A stretch of 44,178 bases of DNA from NCBI GenBank assembly GCA_021325015.1, contig JAJPHY010000150.1, forward strand, positions 1 through 44,178, given 5' to 3'. Positions 1 to 10,317 of the stretch are shown one piece after another. The position numbers and the translations under genes were made by a program. This DNA comes from Actinomycetota bacterium. GTDB lineage: Bacteria > Actinomycetota > UBA4738 > HRBIN12. The stretch's first letter is position 1; every line of letters starts with the position of its first letter. The notes below the pieces were generated by a model. The model was not told where the DNA came from and searched no databases. It was given only the letters and a program-made list of their open reading frames with translations.

Positions 1-851
1 ATCGGTCCCCAGATGGTGCCGAGGCCCCCGATCACGAGCATGGTGACGTCGATCGACATCGGCGTGAGGCCCATGGCCGACGTCGTGAACGACTGGTTGT
101 AGCTGAGGTAGAGTCCGCCGGCCACCCCGGCGATGAAGCCGGAGATCGCGAAGGCGATGACTCGGTACCTCAACGGGCTGATCCCCCGCGCCGCTGCGTA
201 GGCGGGGGAGTCACGGATGGTTCGCAGAGCGATCCCCAACCTGGAGGAGCGGATCCAGGCGACGAGGAGGGTCGCGGCGGCCGCCACCGCGAGGACCGTC
301 CAGAAGTACGCATGCAGCGCGGTCGTGGGGGGCAGGAACGAGTACAGCCCTCGAACGGTCGGGAAGCCGAACGAGCCTCCGGTCAGACCGGCCGGGTCGT
401 TCACAACGATGAACAGGAACACCTGCGCGAACGAGAACGTGAGCAGCGATGTATAGATCCCGTGCAGTCGGAGCGTCGGGAACGCGAGCAGGATCGACAC
501 GCCGGCGGCCAGGAGTCCTCCCAGCAGGATCGCAAGCGGCGGCGGCACCGGCGTGTGCAGCATCAGCAGGCCGGTGCCGTAGCCTCCGAGCGCGTAGATC
601 GCGAGCTGCCCGAAGTTCCAAACGCCGGCGATCCCGAGCACGAAGTTCCAGCTGATGTTGAGCACCAACGTGATCATCGCGGTCACCATCACCCCGACGG
701 CGTAGTCGTTGGACCACACGAACGGGACCAGGACCGCGACCGCTACCAGGGCCAGGATGCCGGCCTTCTCGGCCCCGCTCAGCGCCCGGCCGCGCCCGAT
801 CCGGGTGGCAGTCGGCGAAACGGTGGCGCCGGGCGCCGTGACGGCGCTCAC
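1..851 (-). CDS. livM: Branched-chain amino acid-type ABC transporter permease (LivM-like), 3' end outside window
   Basis: Not in the ORF track. Manual translation from GTG at 851 (GTGA overlap with the livH stop) gives a hydrophobic protein with LNISWNFVLGIAGVWNFGQLAIYALGGY, typical of LivM; the frame appears open to the window edge. Confidence 0.85.
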   Translation of the reverse strand, partial: MSAVTAPGATVSPTATRIGRGRALSGAEKAGILALVAVAVLVPFVWSNDYAVGVMVTAMITLVLNISWNFVLGIAGVWNFGQLAIYALGGYGTGLLMLHTPVPPPLAILLGGLLAAGVSILLAFPTLRLHGIYTSLLTFSFAQVFLFIVVNDPAGLTGGSFGFPTVRGLYSFLPPTTALHAYFWTVLAVAAAATLLVAWIRSSRLGIALRTIRDSPAYAAARGISPLRYRVIAFAISGFIAGVAGGLYLSYNQSFTTSAMGLTPMSIDVTMLVIGGLGTIWGP

Positions 852-1741
852 AGCCGCGCCTCCTCGGGCCTGCCCTTCAATCCGTGGGGCCGGACGATCA
901 GGATGAGCAGGATGATCCCGTAGAGGATCGGCAGGGACCACGTGGTCCCCACGAGGACCTCCGCGGTGGCCTGGATGAGTCCGATCGTGTACGCCGCGTA
1001 CAGCGTGCCCGGCAGGCTCCCCAGCCCCCCGAAGATCACCACGATGAGGGCCTCGAGCAAGGGCAGGTCCCCCGCGCCCGGATACGCGAAGAACTTCGCT
1101 CCCAGGAAGACGCCGCCGATCCCGGCGAGCGCCGACGCGAGCCCCATCGTGAGTGGGTACAGCCTCATCACGGGGACGCCCATCAGGCGGGCGGCGTCCA
1201 GATCCTGCGCCACCGCGCGGATCGCGAGCCCCCACCTCGTCCTCGCCAGGAACAGCCCCAGGGCGGCCATCAGTCCGATCGAGACCAGCGCCATCGTGAG
1301 GTTCTGATAGGAGAGGTCGACTCCCCGGTAGATGTCGATGCCGCCGCTCACCACCGGCGACACGTTCTTCTGGAAGGGCCCGAAGACCTGCAACGCGACG
1401 TTGGCGAAGACGATCGCGACCGCGAAGGTGGTGATGAACGTGACCATCTCGAAGTCGAACCCCCGACGCCCCATGAGCGGCTGCACAGAGATCAGCTCGG
1501 TGAAGGTTCCGAGCGCGAACGTGATCGCGAACGCGAACAGGATGGCCAGCGCGGGGCTCCATCCCGCCACGACCAGGACCCCCCATCCAACGAAGCTCCC
1601 GACCATCACCATCGAGCCCTGGGACATATCGAGGATCCGAAGCGTCCCGTAGATCAGCGTCATCCCGATCGCGACCAGGCCGTAGATCGAGCCGAGCACA
1701 ACCGTCTCGACCAGGATCCCGATGACGTCGGTCAGGTGCAT
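848..1741 (-). CDS. livH: Branched-chain amino acid-type ABC transporter permease (LivH-like)
   Basis: GSIYGLVAIGMTLIYG, RTRWGLAIRAVAQDLDAARLMGV, VIFGGLGSLPG and RPHGLKG motifs. Confidence 0.9.
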   Translation of the reverse strand: MHLTDVIGILVETVVLGSIYGLVAIGMTLIYGTLRILDMSQGSMVMVGSFVGWGVLVVAGWSPALAILFAFAITFALGTFTELISVQPLMGRRGFDFEMVTFITTFAVAIVFANVALQVFGPFQKNVSPVVSGGIDIYRGVDLSYQNLTMALVSIGLMAALGLFLARTRWGLAIRAVAQDLDAARLMGVPVMRLYPLTMGLASALAGIGGVFLGAKFFAYPGAGDLPLLEALIVVIFGGLGSLPGTLYAAYTIGLIQATAEVLVGTTWSLPILYGIILLILIVRPHGLKGRPEEARL

Positions 1742-1749
1742 GAGCCCTC

Positions 1750-2517
1750 CTACAGCGTGCCGAGATAGGTCTGGACGACGGTCTGATCCCTCGACAGCTC
1801 CTCGAGCGGACCGGTTCGGACGATCGATCCCATCTCGACGACGTGCACGATGTCGGCGACGTCGCCGATGTGGGTGAAGTTCTCCTCGACGAGCAAGATC
1901 GTCGTCCCCTGAGCGTGGATGTCCCGGATCGCCGCGTACACGCGCTCGATCGCGACGGGAGCCAGACCGAGGGAGGGTTCGTCGATCAGCAGGATCGAGG
2001 CCTCTCGCATCAAGCCGCGCCCGAGCCCGACCAGTCGACGCTCACCGCCGGAAAGCGTCCGGGCGCGTTGGCCGGCTCGTTCTCGGAGCCCCGGGATGAG
2101 GCCGTAGACGTGTTCGAGAGCGGCGTGCCGCTTCCGCCAGGACCTGGGCAGGAAGGCACCCATCAGCAGGTTCTCCTCGACGGTCATGTCGGGGAACAGC
2201 AGGTCGCCTTGTGGGATGTGGACCATGCCGAGGGTTGCGAGGTACTCAGCACTGCGGCCGTCGACGCGTTCGCCCGCAAGCCACACCTCTCCTCGCCGAC
2301 GCTTGACCAACCCGGAGATGGTGCGAAGCAGCGTGGTCTTGCCGTGTCCGTTCGGCCCGATGATCACGACCGTCTGGCCGGCAGGTACCCGAAGATCCAG
2401 GCCTCGAACGACCATGGTGTCGCCGTAGCCCGACCACAGATCTCGGACCTCGAGGATCGCGTCCCTCCCGGCCGGGACAGGCTCGGCTCCCGCCACGGCA
2501 CGTGGTGCCCCGTTCAT
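1750..2517 (-). CDS. livF: ABC transporter ATP-binding protein (LivF-like)
   Basis: Walker A GPNGHGKTT, signature LSGGE, LLIDEPSLGLAP; start trimmed to ATG 2517 (ATGA overlap with livG). Confidence 0.9.
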   Translation of the reverse strand: MNGAPRAVAGAEPVPAGRDAILEVRDLWSGYGDTMVVRGLDLRVPAGQTVVIIGPNGHGKTTLLRTISGLVKRRRGEVWLAGERVDGRSAEYLATLGMVHIPQGDLLFPDMTVEENLLMGAFLPRSWRKRHAALEHVYGLIPGLRERAGQRARTLSGGERRLVGLGRGLMREASILLIDEPSLGLAPVAIERVYAAIRDIHAQGTTILLVEENFTHIGDVADIVHVVEMGSIVRTGPLEELSRDQTVVQTYLGTL

Positions 2518-3293
2518 GCGCGCGGCTCGCGTTGGGTCAGATCGGCGCCGTGGCGCTGGCCAAGGTAGACCTCGATCACCTGGGGATCCGCAAGCATCTC
2601 GCTCGGCGTTCCGACGAAGAGCTCGGCGCCATGGTGCATGACCAGCACGCGGTCGGCGAGCGACGTCAGCGCGCGCATCACATGCTCGATGACCACAACC
2701 GCCAGGCCACCGTCCCGGAGCGTTCGGATCAGCCTCATCACGTGGTCGATCTCCTGAGGGTTCAGGCCGCCGAACGGCTCGTCGAGGAGGAGGACCCGCG
2801 GATTCGTCGCCAGGGCGGTCGCGAGCATCAGTCGTTTCTTGTCGAACACGCCGAGCGGGCCCGCCGGTGTGTCGGCACGGTCGGTGAGTCCCACGAAGTC
2901 CAGGTGACGCACCGCCTCGGCGATGTCGCCAGCCCTGCCACCCTCCCGGCGGTTTCGGCGAAAGGAGGCGGCCAGGTAGAGGTTCTCCAGCACGGTGAGC
3001 GAGTCGGCGATGGTGGGCTGCTGGAAGGTGCGGGCCAGGCCGAGCGCGCACCTTCTGTGGACGGACGCGTCCGCGATCGACACGCCGCCGAGCAGCACGT
3101 CACCGCTCGTCGCCGGCGTCAGCCCGGTGATGACGTCGAACAGCGTGGTCTTGCCGGCGCCGTTCGGGCCGACGATGCCGAGGATCTCTCCGGCCCGGAC
3201 CTCGAACGACACATCGACGACCGCTCGGAGCCCGCCGTAGTTCTTGCACAGCGCGCGGCCTTCGAGGACCGGGCGCAGCTCCCGATCGTTCAC
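2514..3293 (-). CDS. livG: ABC transporter ATP-binding protein (LivG-like)
   Basis: [39 protein letters not shown]; start GTG 3293 overlaps the binding-protein stop. Confidence 0.9.
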   Translation of the reverse strand: MNDRELRPVLEGRALCKNYGGLRAVVDVSFEVRAGEILGIVGPNGAGKTTLFDVITGLTPATSGDVLLGGVSIADASVHRRCALGLARTFQQPTIADSLTVLENLYLAASFRRNRREGGRAGDIAEAVRHLDFVGLTDRADTPAGPLGVFDKKRLMLATALATNPRVLLLDEPFGGLNPQEIDHVMRLIRTLRDGGLAVVVIEHVMRALTSLADRVLVMHHGAELFVGTPSEMLADPQVIEVYLGQRHGADLTQREPRA

Positions 3294-4642
3294 GTCAGCC
3301 AGGCTGGCAGCTGGAAGGTCCCCGTCGTGTACGGGTCGGGCGAGATCAGCACCTGCTGCCCGTTCTGGATCTGGAACGTCAGGTGCGGCATCCCGAGCGA
3401 GGGATCGGGTGTGAAATCGGGGTACGGCATGCAGGTGTTCCCGCCGGGGTCCAGGTCGAACGAGTAGGTCCCGCACACCCCTCGGTAGATCGTGCCCTTG
3501 ACGATCCCGTTGATCTTGTCGAACGCGTACGGATCTCCCGCCTCCGCTGCGGCCTGAGCCCACAGCTTGACCAGGTCGTACTGGTCGCCGGCGTTCGAGA
3601 ACCCGGGAGGCCGGTTGAACTTCTGCTGGAACGCCTCGGCGAACTGCTTCGCTCGGTCGTCTCCGGCCAGCACACCCACGACCGTCGACCACAGCACACC
3701 ATCGGCGGCATCCCCGGCCAGGTCCAGGTACTCGGGAATCGATGGCGCGTACTGCTGGTACACGAGCGAGTTCGTTGGGGACTGCCGGAACTGTTTCATG
3801 AACGAGGCCTCGTCGCCCGCCGCGTAGTCGCTGAAGAAGACGATCCCCGGATTCGCCGACCGGATCTTCACGAGCACCCCAGTCCAGTCCGCCTGAGGAA
3901 CTGTGAACTGCTCGAAGCCGTCCGTCGTCCAGCCCTGCTTCTCCATGCCGGCCTGAAAGGTCTTCGAGATGTTGAGCGAGTACGGGTCGTTGGACGTGAC
4001 GACGAAGATCGACTTCTTCGCGGGTGTCCACGTTCCGCTCTCGATCAGGTTGCTTACCAGGACGACGAAGCCGGGGCCGTACCAGGTCTCCGAGGGGTCG
4101 CCCTGGAAGATGTTGGTGATCTGGTGCTCCTTCACGTAGTCGACGTTGCCGTGCCAGGTGTTGACGTGGAACATCGGGATCCGGGCCTGAGCCACGATCG
4201 GGTACTCGACCGACGTGTAGGTCGTGAAGCCGGAGAAGATCGCCGCGACGTTCTGCGAGACGAGCTTCTGGAACACGTTCTTCATCACGTCGGGTTCTTG
4301 AGCTTTGGTGTCCAGGACCTGCAGCTTGAGCGGTCGACCGAGGACTCCGCCCGCGGTGTTGATCTCCGCGATGGCGAGCTGCTGACCGCGGACCATCTGC
4401 TGGCCATCCCCGGCGAACGGGCCGGTCACGGGGCTGGCCGACCCGATCAGGATTGGCTCCGCACTGCCGCCGCCCGCCGCGGTCGAGGCGGCTCCCGAAC
4501 CGGCGTTGCCGGCGAGGTAGCCGCCGACGCCGCCGATGACCAGTCCCCCCACGCCGGCACCCACCGCGCCCTGCAGGAGCTGCCGACGCGTGACCCTGCC
4601 GCCGGCTCCGGCGACCCGCTGCCCACCGGGCTCACTCGCCAT
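3290..4642 (-). CDS. ABC transporter substrate-binding protein (LivK/AmiC-type fold), Tat signal
   Basis: Twin-arginine VTRRQLL plus a hydrophobic stretch; LAIAEINTAGGVLGRPLKL motif; ATG 4642 preceded by a GAGGAGG RBS. Confidence 0.88.
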   Translation of the reverse strand: MASEPGGQRVAGAGGRVTRRQLLQGAVGAGVGGLVIGGVGGYLAGNAGSGAASTAAGGGSAEPILIGSASPVTGPFAGDGQQMVRGQQLAIAEINTAGGVLGRPLKLQVLDTKAQEPDVMKNVFQKLVSQNVAAIFSGFTTYTSVEYPIVAQARIPMFHVNTWHGNVDYVKEHQITNIFQGDPSETWYGPGFVVLVSNLIESGTWTPAKKSIFVVTSNDPYSLNISKTFQAGMEKQGWTTDGFEQFTVPQADWTGVLVKIRSANPGIVFFSDYAAGDEASFMKQFRQSPTNSLVYQQYAPSIPEYLDLAGDAADGVLWSTVVGVLAGDDRAKQFAEAFQQKFNRPPGFSNAGDQYDLVKLWAQAAAEAGDPYAFDKINGIVKGTIYRGVCGTYSFDLDPGGNTCMPYPDFTPDPSLGMPHLTFQIQNGQQVLISPDPYTTGTFQLPAWLT

Positions 4643-4715
4643 CCTGGTCCCCTCCTCACGATCGGTCGCGTGCGTCCGCACCGGATGAACGCGGACCCTA
4701 TGGGTCGGGCGGTTC

Positions 4716-4747
4716 CCCGGGCATCCGTCAAATGACGGATGCCCGGG
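4716..4747. promoter_or_regulatory. Palindromic operator CCCGGGCATCCGTCA-AA-TGACGGATGCCCGGG
   Basis: Perfect 15-bp inverted repeat in the divergent intergenic region between the binding-protein gene and the regulator; the core recurs at 11154-11172. Confidence 0.75.
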
Positions 4748-4825
4748 AAGGCATGCTCGGCACAGCGAGCGTTGCGCGTGCCCGTGGACGCGTGCGAGGA
4801 TGGCTGGCCTGCAGGGGGACGCAGC

Positions 4826-6583
4826 ATGGAGACGGTGTATGGCTCATCGGCCATCGTCCATCGCGATGGGACGATCGAAGAGCTCGAGGGGGCGGCTGGA
4901 CGCCGGTTGCTGCTGGCCAGTCCCGATCTCCTCCGGTACGCGAGGGCGTTGCTCCGGCTCGACGTTCCGGACGTGCGTTTCCTGTGGCATGGCGCGCCGG
5001 GATGGCTCCTCGTCCGCATGGAGCGTTCCCGTCAGGCTCGTTCCGACCGGTGCGTCGTCTCCCTGTGGTGGCGTGATCTCCCCTGTGGTCTGACTGCGCG
5101 CGAGCTCGACGTCCTGACGCTGATCGCCGGGGGGCTGGGAAACCGAGAGATCGCCGGACGCCTGCGCGCGAGCGTCCGGACGGTTTCCACGCACGTGGAG
5201 CACATCTTGCTGAAGCTCGGTGCGCGGAGCCGAGCCGGTGCGGCCGCCATCGCCGTCGATCGGGGACTGCTCCGGCTCCCCATTCCTGGGGGAGCGCGCG
5301 ATCTGGACGGTCTCGGGGTCGGAGCCCTGGAGGCCGCCGTCGCCGAGGAGCGCGACGCCACCCGCTTGATCCGAATCGACGCACCCATCGCGATCGATCG
5401 GCGGCGCCCCCACCTGATCGGCGCGGCGTTTCCGCTCAGCGGCCCGGCCCGTGCCGACGGAATCCAGATGCGCAACGGGGCCATGCTGGCGATCGATGAG
5501 ATCAACGCCCGAGGGGGGGTCGCCGGTCGACCGATCGAACTCGTGTCCGTCGACATGAACATCTTCTCAGAACAGGGGGTTCGCGATGCCTTCGGGCGGC
5601 TCGAGGCCGTGGACATCGACGCCATCATCGTCGGGTACACGCTGTCGGGAACCGAGTTCGCGCTCGAGGCGGCGGCGGATCTCGGCATCCCGTTCCTGCA
5701 CGCGACGACCTCCGAGGCGGCGCTCACGCGGGTTCGCTCCGACCCGGGACGCTTCCAGCGGATCTTTCAAGTCTGTCCGAGCGAGGTTCACTACGGAGTT
5801 GGTTTCATCCGGTTTCTGGACGATCTCGCCCGAGGGGAACGATGGGAGCCACCCAGTCGGCGACTGATGATCATCGAGACTCCCGTGGACAGCGGCCAGA
5901 TGGCGACGACGCCGACGCTGGCGGCGGCCGCCGCTTCTGGCTGGATCGTCGATGCCGTGGAGTGCGTGCCCGAGCTCGATGCGGACTGGGAGGGTCTTGT
6001 GCGCCGAATCCACGCCGTCGATCCCGCCGCTGTTTTGGTCGCGGACTTCGTTCCGAGAGAGCTTGCCGCCTTCCAGCGCGCGTATGCCGCGAACCCCACC
6101 GACGCGCTCGTCTACGCGATCTACGCGCCCTCCGTGCCCGAGTTCCTCGAGCTCGCGGGGCCGACCGCGGAGGGGCTGATCTGGTCGACCGTGACCGGTA
6201 CGTACCCGGATCTCCTCGGCGGACGCTTCGCCCGCCGCTACCTGCGGGCGTTCGGGCGCCCGCCGGGCCGCTCGCACGCCGGGATCGCATACGACGAGGT
6301 TCACCTTCTCGCCAGTGCGTGGGCGGGCGTTGGCAATCCCCGCGATTTCGACGGCGTCGCGTCCCATCTCCGGCATGGGGCGTACCGCGGGGTCAACGGC
6401 ACCTACTTCTTCGACGAGTCCCAGGGAGCCATCTCGTACCCCGGAATGACGCTCGACCCCTCGCTCGGGCAGGCCCACCTCGTGTTCCAGGTGCAAAACG
6501 GGGAGCACCGGGTACTGGCTCCCGCCCCGTACGTCCAGGCGGCGTTCCGTCCACCTCCATGGGTACGGGCGAGGGCCACCTGA
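4826..6583 (+). CDS. LuxR-family HTH regulator fused to a cytoplasmic solute-binding-protein domain
   Basis: LTARELDVLTLIAGGLGNREIAGRL...TVSTHVEHILLKLG (LuxR HTH) followed by LAIDEINARGGVAGRPIEL and a full PBP1-like domain; no signal peptide. ATG 4826 follows a purine-rich RBS (the ORF track starts at 4739). Confidence 0.85.
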   Translation: METVYGSSAIVHRDGTIEELEGAAGRRLLLASPDLLRYARALLRLDVPDVRFLWHGAPGWLLVRMERSRQARSDRCVVSLWWRDLPCGLTARELDVLTLIAGGLGNREIAGRLRASVRTVSTHVEHILLKLGARSRAGAAAIAVDRGLLRLPIPGGARDLDGLGVGALEAAVAEERDATRLIRIDAPIAIDRRRPHLIGAAFPLSGPARADGIQMRNGAMLAIDEINARGGVAGRPIELVSVDMNIFSEQGVRDAFGRLEAVDIDAIIVGYTLSGTEFALEAAADLGIPFLHATTSEAALTRVRSDPGRFQRIFQVCPSEVHYGVGFIRFLDDLARGERWEPPSRRLMIIETPVDSGQMATTPTLAAAAASGWIVDAVECVPELDADWEGLVRRIHAVDPAAVLVADFVPRELAAFQRAYAANPTDALVYAIYAPSVPEFLELAGPTAEGLIWSTVTGTYPDLLGGRFARRYLRAFGRPPGRSHAGIAYDEVHLLASAWAGVGNPRDFDGVASHLRHGAYRGVNGTYFFDESQGAISYPGMTLDPSLGQAHLVFQVQNGEHRVLAPAPYVQAAFRPPPWVRARAT

Positions 6584-6586
6584 CGG

Positions 6587-7612
6587 CTATCGGAGGAGCG
6601 GGGCGACGCGCTCGCCGAACACGTCCAGGGCTTCCCGCTGCAGTGCCCGGTCCATTCCAGGCCAGTAGAGCCGAGCGATGTAGTGCACGTCGCCTCCGGC
6701 CGCGTCCCGGAACCGCGCGATCTGCTCGGCCACCTCCTCGGGCGTGCCGAGGAGGATCGAGGCGCGCAGGGCCTCCTCCTCGCCCGAGGGAAGAGGCGGC
6801 GGGGCCACTGGAGGACCGAGACGCGACCGAGCCCCGTCCATGTCCTCGTACTTCCAGGACACGTACCGGTGGTAGGGGCGCACCAGTTCCCAGGCCCGTC
6901 GTGGGTTGCCCTCGAACGCGAAGGTCGGCAGGTGCAGTGAGATCGCAAGGGTCGCGGGATCCCTTCCGGACCGCTCCCGCTCCTCGCGCGCCCACCGGAC
7001 CTGCTCGGCGAAGGATTCCGCCGTCACGTCGGTCGCCATGAACCCGTCGCCGATTCTCCCCGCCCGCCGGACGGCGGGCTCCGAAAGCGCCCCGATCCAC
7101 AGCGGAGGACCGCCCGCCCGGGACGGAGCCGGGGTGACGGCCACGCCCGGATAGGACCGGGTGCCGCCCGTGACGAGCTTTCCTGCCCAGGCCTGCCGCG
7201 CAACCCTCACTGCCTCTTCGAGTCGCGACACCCGCTCGCGCAGCGGAACGCCGAACGCCTCGAACTCTTCCGCGCGCCATCCAAGGCCGAGTCCGAGCAC
7301 GAGACGCCCCCGCGACAGGAGGTCGACGACCGCGGCGTCCTCGACCAAGCGGAGCGGCTCGATGAGGGGGGCGAGGAGCAGGGCGGTGCCGACCAGCACG
7401 CGGCGGGTTCTGGCGGCGATCGCGGCGCACATCGGCAGCACCGAGGGCAGGTAGGCATCGTCGACGAAGTGGTGCTCGGAGACCCACACCGAGTCCAAGC
7501 CGATGCGCTCTGCCTGCTCCGCGAGCTCGAGAGCCTCCGTGTATCGGTCTTCGTCGGACCGCGGATCCCCCGGGTACCGCTGGCAGGTGATCAGGCCGAA
7601 GCCCAGCTTCAT
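6587..7612 (-). CDS. LLM-class flavin-dependent oxidoreductase
   Basis: AERIGLDSVWVSEHHF, LSRGRLVLGLGLGWRAEEF, PPLWIGA; start ATG 7612 overlaps the C45 stop. Confidence 0.9.
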   Translation of the reverse strand: MKLGFGLITCQRYPGDPRSDEDRYTEALELAEQAERIGLDSVWVSEHHFVDDAYLPSVLPMCAAIAARTRRVLVGTALLLAPLIEPLRLVEDAAVVDLLSRGRLVLGLGLGWRAEEFEAFGVPLRERVSRLEEAVRVARQAWAGKLVTGGTRSYPGVAVTPAPSRAGGPPLWIGALSEPAVRRAGRIGDGFMATDVTAESFAEQVRWAREERERSGRDPATLAISLHLPTFAFEGNPRRAWELVRPYHRYVSWKYEDMDGARSRLGPPVAPPPLPSGEEEALRASILLGTPEEVAEQIARFRDAAGGDVHYIARLYWPGMDRALQREALDVFGERVAPLLR

Positions 7613-8778
7613 ATGCGGCTTGCCTTCTGGGCGGGGATCACCCCGCGTACCGCCGAGGGCTTCGACAGGAAGGAGGCGTAGTCGAGCTCGGCGTACGGCG
7701 TCGTGCAGGGGTGCCCATCGGCCACCCACATCCGTCGCTCATCGAGGTCCATCAGCACCGAGGCGACGGTGGCACCCTGATCGTGCGCGTCCATGCGCGG
7801 GTCGGGGTGGCAGCAGATCCCGGAAGGATGGTTGGCGTGGTCGGCCAGGAGCTCCCGGAAGCTGCCGATCGCGAGCTTCGACCCGCGCCGACGGACCCCT
7901 GCGCGGAGCCGCTCCAGCCGGAAAGGGCTGTCGGGCATGACCCAGAGCGACACATCCTTCGCATCGAAGGACGGCGATACGAAGTGGTTGGTGTGCAGGA
8001 GGACGCCGTCGACCGGGAACGTGAGGAACAGCCGGGAGAAGTCGCCCGGAGCCGCTTCAATGTCGACCGCGATGCCGTCGACCGAGGCGATCAGGTAGTT
8101 GGCCGAGGAGGATCGCACGCCGCGTTGCGTCACGGCGTAGGCATCCGACAGGTTCTCGGCGTCGAGGATTCCGCGAAGCACCAGGTGGTACGGCACGCCT
8201 GGCTCACCGAGGTCACGGTCGGTCACCAGGGCGTTGGTGGCGAGCCCGATTCCCGAGGAGTTCATCCCGATCTTGGCGAGCAGCCCGGCCTCGACCACCG
8301 TCACGAAGTCCGGCCCCTCGTCCTGCCGGACCTCCAGAATCACGACCGTCTCGAACGAATGAAGCAGCCAGTCCCAGTTCTGCCCGATCAGCGTGTGCCC
8401 GTCCGCGCTCCGCTCGGGAAGCACGGCGAATGCGCTGCAGCCGTCGAGCGGGGCGCCCTGGGCGGCAGCGATCCGTGCCTTGGCGGCAAACATCACCTCG
8501 GTCCTGACGTTGATCGCCAGGACGTCCTCGAAGGCCGCGTCGGCGCCCTCCGCGATGCCGCGCATCTCCTCGAGGTACCGAACGTCGAACCGCTCGATCG
8601 GCGCGATGTAGCGCGTGGCCTCCCGTTGAACGTCGGGCCAGCGCCACCCCGTGTAGTGGGCGAAGACCTCCTCGTAGGCCTCGATCGAACGGCGCACCCG
8701 GTCGCGAGCCTGCTCGCCGTACTGCCGGCCGCGCTCCCGGGGCGTCCCGTCCACCCGGACCTGAGGAAACCGTTCCAT
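7609..8778 (-). CDS. C45-family autoproteolytic Ntn acyltransferase/hydrolase
   Basis: GTPRERGRQYG N-terminus, DG|CS autoprocessing site, GQNWDW, GMNSSG, HTNHF. Confidence 0.85.
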   Translation of the reverse strand: MERFPQVRVDGTPRERGRQYGEQARDRVRRSIEAYEEVFAHYTGWRWPDVQREATRYIAPIERFDVRYLEEMRGIAEGADAAFEDVLAINVRTEVMFAAKARIAAAQGAPLDGCSAFAVLPERSADGHTLIGQNWDWLLHSFETVVILEVRQDEGPDFVTVVEAGLLAKIGMNSSGIGLATNALVTDRDLGEPGVPYHLVLRGILDAENLSDAYAVTQRGVRSSSANYLIASVDGIAVDIEAAPGDFSRLFLTFPVDGVLLHTNHFVSPSFDAKDVSLWVMPDSPFRLERLRAGVRRRGSKLAIGSFRELLADHANHPSGICCHPDPRMDAHDQGATVASVLMDLDERRMWVADGHPCTTPYAELDYASFLSKPSAVRGVIPAQKASRI

Positions 8779-8797
8779 GGACCCGACCCTCCTTCGA

Positions 8798-9544
8798 TCA
8801 GATCGCGGTTGCACCGCCGTCCACGGGCAGCGCAACTCCGGTCACGTAGCCGGATCCGTCGGCGGACAGGAACGCGATCGCCTCGGCGACCTCGCGCGGC
8901 GTTCCAAGACGTCTCAGCGGCACCATCTCGTGGAGGTACCGCTCCCCGACCGCAGGGTCATCCATCATCCGCAGCATGGGAGTATCGATCACGCCCGGGC
9001 ACACGGCGTTCACCCGGATCGCCGGCGCCAGCTCCACCGCCAGCTGCTTGGTCAGCGCGATCACTCCGGCTTTGCTGGCGTTGTAGTGGACCGACGGCTC
9101 GTCCCGATCCGCGACGAGCCCCGCCGTCGACGAGATGTTCACGATCGTCCCGCGACTGCCCGCCGCCACGAGTCGTGCGGCGACGGCTCGGGCGACCAGC
9201 CACGAGCCACGGAGGTTCGTGTCCACGACCTCGTCCCACTCCGCTACGTCGAGGTCGATCGCGGGGGCGAACCGGTAGACGCCGGCGGCGTTGACCAGCA
9301 GGTCCGGCGCCCCGCCGAGCGCGGTCGCCGCCTCATCGACGGCGCGCTCGACCTCCGCCGGATCCCGCACGTCGGCGATCACGGCCGACGCACCGAGCTC
9401 GGAGGCGACCGGGGCGAGGGCGTCCCCGCGCCGGTCCAGCACGCACATGCGCGCGCCCTCCTCTGCCAGCAGAGCCGCGGTTGCTCGCCCGATCCCCGAC
9501 GCACCGCCGGTGACGAGCGCGCGGCGCCCATGGAATCGGCTCAC
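8798..9544 (-). CDS. SDR-family oxidoreductase
   Basis: TGGASGIG, VNAAG, YNASK, NAVCPG. Confidence 0.92.
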   Translation of the reverse strand: MSRFHGRRALVTGGASGIGRATAALLAEEGARMCVLDRRGDALAPVASELGASAVIADVRDPAEVERAVDEAATALGGAPDLLVNAAGVYRFAPAIDLDVAEWDEVVDTNLRGSWLVARAVAARLVAAGSRGTIVNISSTAGLVADRDEPSVHYNASKAGVIALTKQLAVELAPAIRVNAVCPGVIDTPMLRMMDDPAVGERYLHEMVPLRRLGTPREVAEAIAFLSADGSGYVTGVALPVDGGATAI

Positions 9545-10317
9545 GTGAGCAGCACCCCGCCGTTCACGCCGATGGTCTGCCCGGTGACGTAGGCCGCGTC
9601 GTCGGAGACCAACCAGGCGACGGTTCCCGCGACGTCGTCGCCCGTTCCATGACGGCCCAGCGGGATCGTGCGTCTGATCGCTTCAAGCTCCTCCTCGAAG
9701 GTGGTGCCCCGCTCGTCGGCGCGGGCGCGGACGTAGTCGAAGTGCATCTGGGTTCGCATGTTCCCGGGAGAGACCGTGTTCACGCGAACGCCTAGGGAGG
9801 CAAGCTCGAGCGCGAGCACCTGAGTGAGCAGCGCAACCCCGGCCTTCGACGAAGCGTAGGCGCAATCCCCGGCCACGGCCTGCTGTCCGAGAATCGAGCT
9901 CGTGTTCACGATCGCGCACCCTTTGCCCTGGCGAGCGAACTGACGCGCGACCGAACGCGACATGAGGAACGTGCCCACCAGGTTCACCTCAATCACCCGG
10001 CGGAACTCGGCCGCCGACGTCTCGGTGACCGGTGTCCCTGGGCCGCCGACACCCGCGAGGTTGACCAGCACGTCGATACCGCCGAACGCCGACACCGTTG
10101 CCGAAACGGCGGCGTCGCAGAAGCGCTCGTCCGTGACGTCCCCGACTAACGTGAGCACCCGGGCGCCTTCATGCAAGGACCGCAGGCGATCCGCCGTCTC
10201 GTGAACGGCGGCCGAGACGTCCACCAGCGTAACGGGCGAGCCGTCGCGGACGAGCCGCTCGGCGACCCGGGCCCCGAGCCCCCCGGCAGCCCCGGTCACG
10301 ATCGAGCGTCGCCTCAC
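9541..10317 (-). CDS. SDR-family oxidoreductase
   Basis: TGAAGGLG, VNLAG, YASSK, NTVSPG; start GTG 10317 overlaps the deacetylase stop. Confidence 0.9.
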   Translation of the reverse strand: MRRRSIVTGAAGGLGARVAERLVRDGSPVTLVDVSAAVHETADRLRSLHEGARVLTLVGDVTDERFCDAAVSATVSAFGGIDVLVNLAGVGGPGTPVTETSAAEFRRVIEVNLVGTFLMSRSVARQFARQGKGCAIVNTSSILGQQAVAGDCAYASSKAGVALLTQVLALELASLGVRVNTVSPGNMRTQMHFDYVRARADERGTTFEEELEAIRRTIPLGRHGTGDDVAGTVAWLVSDDAAYVTGQTIGVNGGVLLT

